Shown piece by piece: positions 19,031 through 27,614 of a stretch of 61,987 nucleotides of DNA. Within the stretch, counting starts at the first letter, position 1. Each line of letters opens with the position of its first letter. Location: positions 1 through 61,987 of the forward strand of contig CAZRDH010000071.1 in NCBI GenBank assembly GCA_964598805.1. The letters are read 5' to 3'. Under the pieces are notes generated by a model. The model did not search any database. It was not told the DNA's origin and was given only the letters and a program-made list of their open reading frames with translations. Made by a program: the position numbers and the translations under genes. This DNA comes from an uncultured Desulfurococcaceae archaeon (GTDB lineage: Archaea > Thermoproteota > Thermoprotei_A > Sulfolobales > Ignisphaeraceae).

Positions 19031-19174
19031 TTATCGGCGGCGCCTATTAGCTTTAATCCTCTTGCGCCCTCTATTCGACGAACGAACTCCGCTGCCATTG
19101 ATCCCCTCTAGTATGTGCCTAATGTACGCGCGCCACGATCGGAATACCCTACCGCACCTAGGGCATCGATACAT
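19031..19174 (-). CDS. Small C2H2-type zinc-finger protein with a basic tail (47 aa)
   Basis: MYRCPRCGRVFRSWRAYIRHI... fits CxxC-x12-HxxxH, with an RRRR tail. The longer 122-aa track ORF would overlap the divergent PAC2 gene and the TATA box. Confidence 0.5.
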   Translation of the reverse strand: MYRCPRCGRVFRSWRAYIRHILEGINGSGVRSSNRGRKRIKANRRRR

Positions 19175-19195
19175 TCGCGCCCCGTAGCTACCTAC

Positions 19196-19205
19196 GTATT
19201 TAAAA
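19196..19205. promoter_or_regulatory. Possible bidirectional TATA box
   Basis: TATTTAAAAG reads CTTTTAAATA on the other strand. It lies about 25 nt upstream of the Zn-finger ATG (19174) and about 50 nt upstream of the PAC2 ATG (19251). Confidence 0.35.
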
Positions 19206-19250
19206 GGTGTGAACAGTAAGTATCTGCCCGACACGCGGAGGGAATCTTCG

Positions 19251-20006
19251 ATGATAAAGATCGTGCTTTTTGAGGAGCATCCACCGAGGGGCTCGCTCGC
19301 GATAGCGGGTTTCCCCGGCATGGGGTTGGTGGGTAAGACTGTTGCGGAGTACCTCATAAGGAAGTTCAATGCTAAACACATAGCTAGCGTATTCTGCACG
19401 GGGTTTCCAGCGCACTTAATCGTTAGGAGCGGGGGCTCGACATCGCTAATAAAGGTAGACGTCTACTACGTGGATGGGGTCAGCGACGGCATATTCATCG
19501 TTACGAGCGACGCGCAGCCCATGGAGGACGTGTATCAGAACGAGCTTAGCCATACGATAGTCGCGTTCCTAAAGGAGCGGGGGGTTAAGGAAGTTCTAGC
19601 GGGAGCGGCATACGTTACGGAGTCTATCGTCGCGTCTAGGAGAGTATTCGTAGCGGGATCCCAAGGACTCGTTAGGATGTTCATGGAGAGAGTTAGGGCT
19701 ATACCCTTAGAGGATGGGGTTATCAGCGGGATGAACGGCGTTATCGTTGGATGGGCGCAGGTAGAGGGGCTATCAGCTGCATGCATACTTGGCGAGACGT
19801 GGAGGAGCATCGTCGAGTTCGAGTACGTTGACTACGGCGCCGCTAAGGTAGTGCTAGACGCCATAAACGCCGTGTACGACCTTAACCTGGATACTAGCGA
19901 GCTCGCCGACTACGCTAGTAGGATAGAGAGCGAGGTTATGCAAAAACTCGGTAGGTTAGCCAAAGCCTCTCCCGAGGATAGGGGGAGGTCATACTACATA
20001 ACGTAG
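19251..20006 (+). CDS. PAC2 family (proteasome assembly chaperone-like) protein
   Basis: GFPGMGLVGKTVAEYLI is the family-typical N-terminal motif. ATG 19251 is preceded by GGAGGG, and the GTG 19209 in the track is too close to the TATA box. Confidence 0.65.
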   Translation: MIKIVLFEEHPPRGSLAIAGFPGMGLVGKTVAEYLIRKFNAKHIASVFCTGFPAHLIVRSGGSTSLIKVDVYYVDGVSDGIFIVTSDAQPMEDVYQNELSHTIVAFLKERGVKEVLAGAAYVTESIVASRRVFVAGSQGLVRMFMERVRAIPLEDGVISGMNGVIVGWAQVEGLSAACILGETWRSIVEFEYVDYGAAKVVLDAINAVYDLNLDTSELADYASRIESEVMQKLGRLAKASPEDRGRSYYIT

Positions 20007-20028
20007 CCTAGCGTGCAAGTCAAGGACC

Positions 20029-21033
20029 TTAACTAAGCCCTAGCGTGCGCCTTATCTCGCCCTCCATGTTGTTAACGAAGCTTTTGTATGACGCGATGCT
20101 CTTCGTTGCTAAGGGGTCTATACCCACTATCTCAGCTATCTTAACGCTTGCTAGCCCCGCAACGAGAGATCCGTAGAGTGTTCGAGGAACGACGCCGTCG
20201 CCTATGAGCCTAAGCATCTCGACCTCGAACCCCGCATCCGTGAGGATCTCCGTGTAGAGCTTAAGGTACTCGATTTCGTACGGCACATCCGACTCGACGA
20301 CTACCGCCCTATCGCTATAGAGCTTGCGCTCCCAACCAACGATATCGTTATGGAATAGCTCTGGCGCTATCTCAACCTTCGCCGGCATCTTCGCATTCTC
20401 GTTCAACTCGTTCTTTATCCTAACTGCTAGCACTGCGTACCTACTGCTAGCGACAATCAATGGCATGCGGGCCTTCCTTAGGAACGAGGCTAGGCTAGAC
20501 GCATCGAATTCAGCTTTCCTAACCTCTCGAAGAACCCCAAACCACTTCTCCAGCAACCCCTTGTTACCTAGTTCAACACCAACACTCCACAGACCGTTCA
20601 TCGCCGCTGCGTATAGTGCTGGTAGCGCCGTTCTAGGCGCTAGCCCTCTTCGAACCTTTACGAAGGGTATCCCCCTCTTTACTGCGTATTCCTCTAGCAA
20701 TCCGCCGGAGCTCACGGCAACTAGCTTACTCGTCTTCTTAGCGCAGATCTCTAGGGATATCAGGGTTTCGCGAGTATTCCCAGAGTAGCTAATGGCTAGA
20801 ACAAGCGTATTTTCGTCGACTAGGTTCCTCGGAACGTAGAAGTCCTTAACGACCATAACGAGCATCGAGCCTAGCTCCATGCTGGTTAAAGCTACTAGGT
20901 CCCCCGCAATACCGCTCCCACCCATTCCGAGCACGAGCACTTTCTCAACGTCCTTGTACTCGCGAGCGTTCACGACTTCCTGCCTAAGGGCTTCGAGAGC
21001 AAGCTCGTACCACCCGAGGTAAACCTCCTTCAC
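20029..21033 (-). CDS. Bifunctional phosphoglucose/phosphomannose isomerase (SIS domains)
   Basis: GMGGSGIAGD and SYSGNTRET motifs. The 334-aa length is typical of crenarchaeal PGI/PMI. Confidence 0.8.
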   Translation of the reverse strand: MKEVYLGWYELALEALRQEVVNAREYKDVEKVLVLGMGGSGIAGDLVALTSMELGSMLVMVVKDFYVPRNLVDENTLVLAISYSGNTRETLISLEICAKKTSKLVAVSSGGLLEEYAVKRGIPFVKVRRGLAPRTALPALYAAAMNGLWSVGVELGNKGLLEKWFGVLREVRKAEFDASSLASFLRKARMPLIVASSRYAVLAVRIKNELNENAKMPAKVEIAPELFHNDIVGWERKLYSDRAVVVESDVPYEIEYLKLYTEILTDAGFEVEMLRLIGDGVVPRTLYGSLVAGLASVKIAEIVGIDPLATKSIASYKSFVNNMEGEIRRTLGLS

Positions 21034-21081
21034 GATCCCACCAGAGCGCCCTTTCCTCGCGTCTCGAAGCGCGGTAAGACC

Positions 21082-21088
21082 TTATATA
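21082..21088 (+). promoter_or_regulatory. TATA-like box for rpl38e
   Basis: TTATATA lies 35-41 nt upstream of the ATG at 21123. Confidence 0.35.
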
Positions 21089-21122
21089 GTCCGAGGGATA
21101 TGGTGGCGTAGCGGGGATCAAT

Positions 21123-21332
21123 ATGCCTATATTCGTAAGCGACGAGCAGAAATTCCTAGAGGTGGCTAAGAGGGCTATCGAGTGCAGGGTTAAGCGCTTA
21201 GAGAAGGAGGGTAGGGCTAAGATAAAGGCTAGGACTAAGAGGTACCTATATACGTACGTAGTTCCGCTAGATAAGCTCGAGGAGGTGCTGAGCAAGGTTA
21301 GGGAGGTTTGCAAGAACATCGTTGAGGTGTGA
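21123..21332 (+). CDS. rpl38e: Ribosomal protein eL38 (L38e)
   Basis: KARTKRYLYTYVV matches the eukaryotic RPL38 core (KVRCSRYLYTLVI). Length is 69 aa. Confidence 0.85.
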   Translation: MPIFVSDEQKFLEVAKRAIECRVKRLEKEGRAKIKARTKRYLYTYVVPLDKLEEVLSKVREVCKNIVEV

Positions 21333-21391
21333 TGACTTTACAACCCCGGCTGAAGCCTCAATCGCTAGATGATGAGGGCTGGCGCTTCTGA
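21329..21391 (+). ncRNA. Box C/D sRNA candidate
   Basis: GUGAUGA-CUUUACAACCCCGG-CUGA-[15 nt]-AUGAUGA-GGGCUGGCGCUU-CUGA. The C box contains the rpl38e TGA stop. The 3' half is antisense to the last 34 nt of the ferredoxin gene. Confidence 0.5.
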
Positions 21392-21642
21392 ACATACTTT
21401 TCTAACCCTAGGCCAACGCCCGTAACCTCTACGATTCTAAACGAGTCCCTAGCTATCTCGACCCTAATTGCTTTCGCGGGGCACACGACTACGCACCCCA
21501 TACACGCCATGCAGTAGCCCTTCTGCTCAACCCTACCGCCTTCAATGCCCAGGGCTCCGCACGGACATAGCTCAACGCATTTTCCGCAAAGCGTGCACTT
21601 CCCGTGATCCACGATTACCCTACCGGATATGGGGCCCACCAA
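21358..21642 (-). CDS. 2x[4Fe-4S] ferredoxin-domain protein
   Basis: CTLCGKCVELCP and CMACMGCVVVCP motifs. Confidence 0.75.
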   Translation of the reverse strand: MVGPISGRVIVDHGKCTLCGKCVELCPCGALGIEGGRVEQKGYCMACMGCVVVCPAKAIRVEIARDSFRIVEVTGVGLGLEKYVQKRQPSSSSD

Positions 21643-21702
21643 ATCGCTTACCCATTAAGCGCTACTTTCCTACACCTTAATACCTAGGCGCGGTAAAACA
21701 CC

Positions 21703-22401
21703 GTGAATAGTATGGAAGGTGGTACCATGGTGCTCCGCTTGCTGAAGGGGAGAGGTAAGGAGCCAGACCCATTCGCTAAGCTAGCTATGCACATAGCGCT
21801 CAGCATAGAGGCTGCCGAACTCGTAGAGCAAGCGCTTTCCCACGCTACTGATATTCACGAAGTTGAGAGGCTAGCGGCTCAGGTAATAGCCTTAGAGAAG
21901 CGTGGTGACGAGCTAGCCGCGGAGATCACGAAGCTACTTGCTAAGAGCACGCTGCCCCTAACCATGCATGGAGAGCTAGAGAGGATCCTCGATCTAGTCG
22001 ACGACATACTCGACGACCTCTACTTCATTTCGCAGGAAGTCGCTAGAGGTAAGAGACATGGGCTACTAGATAACGATAAGGTTCGAGAACTCTACCGAGA
22101 CTTAGCGAGCATGAGCTCCGTCGCTAAGCTGGCAATTCAGAAGCTTAGGGAGCTAGCCTACACGGCTCCTCGAGACCTTAGCAAGGCTAGCGAGCTAAAC
22201 ATCGAGATCGATGCCTTTGAGGATAGGGTTGATGAAATGCGCAACTCCGTGCTAAACCGCGTTTACGAATACCGGGAGTTCCTCGACCCCCTATCGCTGT
22301 ACCACGTTATCGAGGTTGCGCGAGCCATAGATAGGGTCGTGGATACGTGCAAGGACGTAGCGCACCTAATTATAAGCGTCGTTAGCGGCGCCCTAGGCTA
22401 A
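21703..22401 (+). CDS. DUF47 / PhoU-like phosphate-transport regulator homologue
   Basis: Helical-bundle protein of 232 aa sitting directly upstream of a PiT-like permease, the usual DUF47-PitA pairing. Confidence 0.6.
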   Translation: MNSMEGGTMVLRLLKGRGKEPDPFAKLAMHIALSIEAAELVEQALSHATDIHEVERLAAQVIALEKRGDELAAEITKLLAKSTLPLTMHGELERILDLVDDILDDLYFISQEVARGKRHGLLDNDKVRELYRDLASMSSVAKLAIQKLRELAYTAPRDLSKASELNIEIDAFEDRVDEMRNSVLNRVYEYREFLDPLSLYHVIEVARAIDRVVDTCKDVAHLIISVVSGALG

Positions 22402-22412
22402 GGTGCGAGCGT

Positions 22413-23300
22413 ATGGCACTATCATCCCTGGTTTCGCTCGTATTAGTATCGATAATCGCGTTCTTCTCGAGCGCATCCCATGTAGGTATATGCGTAGGTC
22501 CTGCGGTGGGAACGGGATTGCTGCGAAGAAACCTAGCTCTAGCTCTATACGTGTCGATGGTGCTCCTAGGGGCTTTTACTCAAGGGGTTGCGATGTCTAA
22601 GGCCGTATTCAATCCCTCTATCTGCAGCTTAACGACTACGACTGCCGTAGCCGTAGTGCCATCGATTCTAGGCATACCGCTATCGCTAAACTTCGCGCTG
22701 TATACATCGCAGATAGGGTGCTCGTTAGGGCTAGGGATAGAGCGCTTGGCTTACGCATCGATGTGCTGGATTGCGTTACTGACCTTAACTGCGATGCTAT
22801 CCACCGCAACAATGAGCTTCTCTCGCGCATGGGCTTCGGGCACGGGCTCCATCCTCAAGGCGTTGAGGAAGTGCTCAACCCTCCTATTCATCCTCACTAC
22901 GGCCATGTGCTTCGTAGTGGGCGCAAACACTTTCGGGTTCATAATCCAGTTCGTGCGCGGATCGCTCCTAGGTCAGCTACTCGCGATCGCCTCAATGGTA
23001 CTTGGGTCGATCACACTGTACAGGAAGAGCTTGGAGCGCGTTGCATATCGCTTCTATAGGATCGGGGTGCTCCACGCTATTACCTGCTACGCTGTCTCCG
23101 TCGTAGTCGTGGAGGTAGCGACCCTCTTGTCCCTACCGCTACCCGCATCGTTAACCGTGGTAACAGCGCTCTATTTCTCGGGATTTATAGCGCCGTTCAG
23201 AATGATTAGCTGCAAGAGCTATGTTAGCTATGTTGCTGTACAAATCGTTTCGATACCCATAGCTCTATCGATTGGCTTCGCGCTGTCGGCAATTAATTAG
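22413..23300 (+). CDS. PiT-like permease with divergent signature motifs
   Basis: About 9 TM helices. SASHVGICVGPAVGTG and VVGANTFGFII align with the two GANDVAN...G repeats of PiT, but the N/D residues are replaced. Confidence 0.45.
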   Translation: MALSSLVSLVLVSIIAFFSSASHVGICVGPAVGTGLLRRNLALALYVSMVLLGAFTQGVAMSKAVFNPSICSLTTTTAVAVVPSILGIPLSLNFALYTSQIGCSLGLGIERLAYASMCWIALLTLTAMLSTATMSFSRAWASGTGSILKALRKCSTLLFILTTAMCFVVGANTFGFIIQFVRGSLLGQLLAIASMVLGSITLYRKSLERVAYRFYRIGVLHAITCYAVSVVVVEVATLLSLPLPASLTVVTALYFSGFIAPFRMISCKSYVSYVAVQIVSIPIALSIGFALSAIN

Positions 23301-23381
23301 CGATTCTGAGCGATTCTTGGCATCTACGAAATACGCTTAATAGGTACGCCGGAGAATGAACCGATACTAGGGATTCAAGTC

Positions 23382-24116
23382 GTGGTTGAGAACATCGCTA
23401 AGCAGTTCATAGACTACATACCAGATGAGCTAGTTAACGCACCATCGATCTGGTACGCCGCTAAGGAAGCTACGATACCGAGAGATCTCGCGCTTAAATA
23501 CGTAGACATGTATCAAGACGAAGTGATTAAGGATCTACGCAGGCGAGGGATTAAGCCTCTAGATGCTCGCGAACTAGAGGAGCGCGTTTACGCGCTTTAC
23601 GAGGGCGGCGTAGCGTACGTGGGTAAGGGGATTGCTGGAGAGCTCTATCTAGAGAAGCTCGTTCCCTCGTCGATGCTTAAGAACGCCATAGCGTTCCTCC
23701 ATACTCACCCCATACCCCTACCCGTACCCACCCCCGAGGATCTAGCTAGCGCAGCGAACCTCGGGTATAGAGTTGAGTGCGTAGCGTCTAGGATAGGCTG
23801 CGATAGGGCTAGGATAACATGCGTAGAGCCCAAGAGGGATTGGGATAGCTTGATAGAAGCTTGTTCCGGGATCTCTAAGGTCGTTCTCAGCGTGAGCGAA
23901 TTCATTGTAGTTGCCAACGACGACAGCGTGTTCTTCGTACCGCTGCCAACTGAGAACGAATTGAACGAGATAACCAAGCGCTTTGTAAAGGCTCTCAAGC
24001 CCATAGCTCGAGTAAGCATTGTCGATGTTTGGGCCCCACGCTCATCCCCCGGTATTCAAACCGGCGTCGCGTGGGGGTCGCGGGCTCGAGAGGAATTTCG
24101 TTGTCTAGCCCTATAA
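23382..24116 (+). CDS. Hypothetical protein with a JAB/MPN+ (JAMM)-like metal motif
   Basis: HTHPIPLPVPTPED fits HxHx7(S/T)xxD, as in RadC-like HNHPSGxPxPSxxD. Confidence 0.4.
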   Translation: MVENIAKQFIDYIPDELVNAPSIWYAAKEATIPRDLALKYVDMYQDEVIKDLRRRGIKPLDARELEERVYALYEGGVAYVGKGIAGELYLEKLVPSSMLKNAIAFLHTHPIPLPVPTPEDLASAANLGYRVECVASRIGCDRARITCVEPKRDWDSLIEACSGISKVVLSVSEFIVVANDDSVFFVPLPTENELNEITKRFVKALKPIARVSIVDVWAPRSSPGIQTGVAWGSRAREEFRCLAL

Positions 24117-25487
24117 CCCCTTAACCTTTTCGAATAACGCGTAGAAGAATCCCAGCGTTTCGTGCTTGTGGGGCCACGCTCTCATGGTTCCAGGAAGGAA
24201 CCCGGGGTCGAAGGGTCCTTTCAGTGGGACGAGCCTTATCACGCCCTCGAACTCGCGTAGTATCTTGGACACGACCTCCTCGTTCTCCTCCTTAAACAGC
24301 GAGCACGTCGTGTACAGAATCCTTCCTCCAGGCTTAGCTAGCCTCACGGCAACTCTAAGCAACTCGAGCTGTAGCTGAGCCATCTCGTAAATCTTCTTCT
24401 CTTGAATCCTCCACCTCAACTCGTGGTTCTTAGCTATCGTCCCGCTAGACGTACACGGCGCGTCGAGTAGAACCCTATCAGCTACCTCCTCGCCTATTAT
24501 CTTCGGCGCTTTCCTAACATCCTCCTTGAAGATCTTCACTATCGTTATCCCAGCCCTCTTTAGAAGGGTTTTCATCCTCCGAATCCTCACATCGTCTATA
24601 TCGAACGCATATATCGTTCCGCTATTCCTCATTAGCTCGCCCATGTGCTCGGTCTTACCTCCAGGAGCTGCGCACATATCGACAACTACCTCGCCAGGCT
24701 TGGGATCGAGGATTATCGACGCTAGTGCCGCAGCTTCATCCTGTATAATGATCTTCCCGCTCTTGTACAGCTCCGACTTATCGAAGTCGTAAGGCCCCTT
24801 GAACTTGACAACTGTATCCACATACCTACCCCTAACGGGTTCAACGCCTTCTCTACGCAGCTCGTTAATTACCTCGTCTACGGTAGCCTTCAACACATTT
24901 ACGCGTACGCTTATTAGCGGAACCTTGTTGAAGGCCCTTAGAATTTTCTTCGTTTCGTCCTTCCCCACGAGCTCTATCAGCTTCCTTATTATCGTTCCCG
25001 ATATGAGGTATCTATACTCCCAGCGCTCTATCAAGTCCTTTGGCTCGAACTTGTATTGAGCTATCTTGTCGACTAAGTCCCAGAAGTACATGCTTACGTA
25101 CGGGTGCGTTACATCGGATAGGAACTTGCATACCCTTCCCTTTAGGTACTTCACTATCAGGCTCTTGGCATCGCGAGCACTGCTCTTGATATGCCTCTCG
25201 AATATCAGTAGTTCTATAGCGACCCTTAGCGCTGCCCTAAGCCAAGGGTCTAATATAGCAACGTTGTGAACCCCTACGAGCTCGGCGGCGATGCGATCTA
25301 TGATGCCGATCCTCTTCCACAAATCGTAGTATATCGCCGTGAGGACCCTGTCCTTGTACGTCCCGGTAATGCCGTACTCATCGAATACGTCTCTCTTAGC
25401 CTGCTGGCTAGGCTTGATTTCCTCGCCTAGCTTAACCGCCTTTACCAGAGCCTCGATATCCCTCGCCGTAATCGTTAGGTAGCTCAT
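24111..25487 (-). CDS. NOL1/NOP2/Sun family RNA m5C methyltransferase (RsmB-like with NusB-like N-domain)
   Basis: DMCAAPGGKT (SAM motif I), DAPCTSSG (motif IV PC) and YTTCS (motif VI TC). Confidence 0.85.
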   Translation of the reverse strand: MSYLTITARDIEALVKAVKLGEEIKPSQQAKRDVFDEYGITGTYKDRVLTAIYYDLWKRIGIIDRIAAELVGVHNVAILDPWLRAALRVAIELLIFERHIKSSARDAKSLIVKYLKGRVCKFLSDVTHPYVSMYFWDLVDKIAQYKFEPKDLIERWEYRYLISGTIIRKLIELVGKDETKKILRAFNKVPLISVRVNVLKATVDEVINELRREGVEPVRGRYVDTVVKFKGPYDFDKSELYKSGKIIIQDEAAALASIILDPKPGEVVVDMCAAPGGKTEHMGELMRNSGTIYAFDIDDVRIRRMKTLLKRAGITIVKIFKEDVRKAPKIIGEEVADRVLLDAPCTSSGTIAKNHELRWRIQEKKIYEMAQLQLELLRVAVRLAKPGGRILYTTCSLFKEENEEVVSKILREFEGVIRLVPLKGPFDPGFLPGTMRAWPHKHETLGFFYALFEKVKGL

Positions 25488-25508
25488 AGCGCCACCCTTC
25501 GCATCGCT

Positions 25509-26912
25509 GTGTCTATGCTAAGCAACTTAAAGGGTTTGAATAGTGTAACTATTGGGTACCCCTCTTTGAGCACGTTGCTTAGGAACTACAAGATAGTTAA
25601 GGACCCGATCTACGGCTACGTTAGGATCTACGACTGCGAGCTACCGATAGTTGACACCCTAGCTTTTCAAAGGCTTCGAAGAATTAAGCAGCTCGCAGTT
25701 GCCGACCTCGTTTACCCAGGCGCTGTGCATACGAGGTTTAGCCACTGCCTAGGAGTTGCACACTTAACGCAGGTATTCGTAGAGGAAGCCCTTCGCAAGA
25801 GTGGAGTCCCTCAAAGCGATATCGAGAGGTACGTCGTGTTCATGAGGCTCCTAGCGCTCCTACACGACGTTGGGCACGGTCCTTACAGCCACATTTTCGA
25901 GGACTTCGTAATGATTAGGAGGGGGGTAAGTCACGAGCTAGTGGGCTCTAGGCTAGTGCTAGAGATACCGGAGCTTGCGAACCCCCTAGAGAAAGCCCTT
26001 GCTGAAGCAGGCTTCGATTTAAAGACTTTGTCGAGAGCTCTAGAGAGCATTACCCCGGATCGATGGCCCCTCAAGCAAAGCCTTGGGGAAGGGTCTGAGG
26101 AAGCGCTATTCTACGTGCTTCGAGGAGCCTTTAGCACGGATATAATCGATTACCTGCTTAGGGATTCGTACTATACGGGCGTTGGGTATGGAAGGGGCAT
26201 AGACTGGATGCGCATTGCTCACTGCATATCGATTCGAGGCGATAAGCTCGTTATCGAGAGCAAGGCTGCAGAGGTACTCGACCAGCTGATTATGGCTAGG
26301 CTATGGATGTTCTCAACGGTTTACTACCACAAGACCGTTAGGGCCGCTACTAGGTACGTAGGAAACATGCTTCAGAGAATAGATAGCGAGAAGGTAATCG
26401 ACTTCGACGAGGCTTTCAACGACCTATCCAAGTACTTAATGCTTAACGACGAGTACGTGCTGATGAAGGCTCTAGAGCACGGATTCGAAGAGGCTAGGGA
26501 CTTAGCTTCGCGTAGGATACCGTACAAGACCGTAGCTGAGCACAGGATATCCATGCCCAACGTCGCTAGGCCTCTAGAGGTGCTTCTCTCCATGAGCAGC
26601 TCGCTGATAGAGGAAGGGATAGAGGAGGTTCTTAGGAGGAAGGGGCTCGATCTAGCTCGAGGAAGGGATTACTTTGTCGATACACCGAAGCTACCCTTAA
26701 ACCCGATGCTAGCCGACGATACTATATACGTGCAGAACCCCCTTGGGGAGGTGATTAGGAAGAGCGTATTGGAGCTCACGTGGTTCCACATCCCGAAGAC
26801 CGTGGCCGTTATAAGGCTCTACGTTGATAGAAGGAGAGTTAGCGATGTGCAAGTGCTGATCAACGCATTTAAGGAGGTTATAGAGGGTAGCGAGCTAAGG
26901 TCTTTCTACTAG
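25509..26912 (+). CDS. HD-domain phosphohydrolase (dNTPase/SAMHD1-like)
   Basis: RFSHCLGVAHL and LLHDVGHGPYSH motifs, plus DIIDYLLRDSYYTG. Confidence 0.8.
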   Translation: MSMLSNLKGLNSVTIGYPSLSTLLRNYKIVKDPIYGYVRIYDCELPIVDTLAFQRLRRIKQLAVADLVYPGAVHTRFSHCLGVAHLTQVFVEEALRKSGVPQSDIERYVVFMRLLALLHDVGHGPYSHIFEDFVMIRRGVSHELVGSRLVLEIPELANPLEKALAEAGFDLKTLSRALESITPDRWPLKQSLGEGSEEALFYVLRGAFSTDIIDYLLRDSYYTGVGYGRGIDWMRIAHCISIRGDKLVIESKAAEVLDQLIMARLWMFSTVYYHKTVRAATRYVGNMLQRIDSEKVIDFDEAFNDLSKYLMLNDEYVLMKALEHGFEEARDLASRRIPYKTVAEHRISMPNVARPLEVLLSMSSSLIEEGIEEVLRRKGLDLARGRDYFVDTPKLPLNPMLADDTIYVQNPLGEVIRKSVLELTWFHIPKTVAVIRLYVDRRRVSDVQVLINAFKEVIEGSELRSFY

Positions 26913-26916
26913 TGGT

Positions 26917-26972
26917 TCAGACGATCGCGGCCTCTTCATCGCTTAGGGCTCGGCATATAGCCCGCTCATCAC
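26917..26972 (-). ncRNA. Box C/D sRNA candidate
   Basis: GUGAUGA-GCGGGCUAUAUG-CCGA-[10 nt]-AUGAAGA-GGCCGCGAUCGU-CUGA. The C box starts on the nucleotide after the stop of the upstream minus-strand ORF. Confidence 0.55.
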
Positions 26973-27608
26973 CTACACGAGGAACGCGTCGTAGAGCGTT
27001 ATCAGTACCTCGGCTGTTTGAGGCGTTAGTTCGTACACCTTAGACTTAGCGATATCGAAGATCATTATCGAGTGCACGCATGCATTTCTAAGGAGCTCGA
27101 TGCTCTCCATCTCTTTCGGAAAGTACTTCCTAGCTACGTATATGAGTTCCCTAAGCCTATCTAGGTTCCTAGAGCTAGGAGGTCTAAGCAACTCTATGGG
27201 TACGGATGGCACGCAGTACCTCGGGTATGCAAAGGATAGCATTAGGTTTGGGCACGAGGCTAGGGATAGAACCTTCTTGACGTGGCGAGCAACGAGGTAC
27301 TCACTAGCTTCGGATGCGTATTGAGGAGGCACGAAGTTGAACTCTATCTCTACGCATATCCTAAGCGCTCCGCTCTCCGCATAAACGTCGCAGCTATGCT
27401 TGTTAATGCTCTTCTCTATGTCTACTCTCTCAAACCCCCTCTCGAACTTTAGGTAGTGAGCTATTAGCGCCTCGGCCAGAACGTGGTTTAGGGGTATCCC
27501 CTTCCTTTGGTGGAGGGCTATCGCTCTAGAAACTATGTACCCATCCTTAGGACATCCCAGCCTGGACACGATGCTATCTATATCCAGCTTTATGCTGTCG
27601 TGGGCCAA
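26973..27608 (-). CDS. Hypothetical protein (possible degenerate PD-(D/E)xK-like core)
   Basis: 211 aa, 6 nt downstream of aCPSF2 on the same strand. CDVYAESGALRICVEIEF is only weakly nuclease-like. Confidence 0.45.
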   Translation of the reverse strand: MAHDSIKLDIDSIVSRLGCPKDGYIVSRAIALHQRKGIPLNHVLAEALIAHYLKFERGFERVDIEKSINKHSCDVYAESGALRICVEIEFNFVPPQYASEASEYLVARHVKKVLSLASCPNLMLSFAYPRYCVPSVPIELLRPPSSRNLDRLRELIYVARKYFPKEMESIELLRNACVHSIMIFDIAKSKVYELTPQTAEVLITLYDAFLV

Positions 27609-27614
27609 CGCCTC

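Noticed and set aside
19175-19415. Upstream parts of the minus-strand ORFs 19031-19399 and 19200-19415.
   Set aside because: They overlap the PAC2 gene and the TATA box. Only the terminal 47-aa zinc-finger part looks like a protein.
22403-22600. 65-aa plus-strand ORF overlapping the PiT-like gene start.
   Set aside because: It is an alternative frame of a clearly membrane-coding region and is Arg/Gly-rich.
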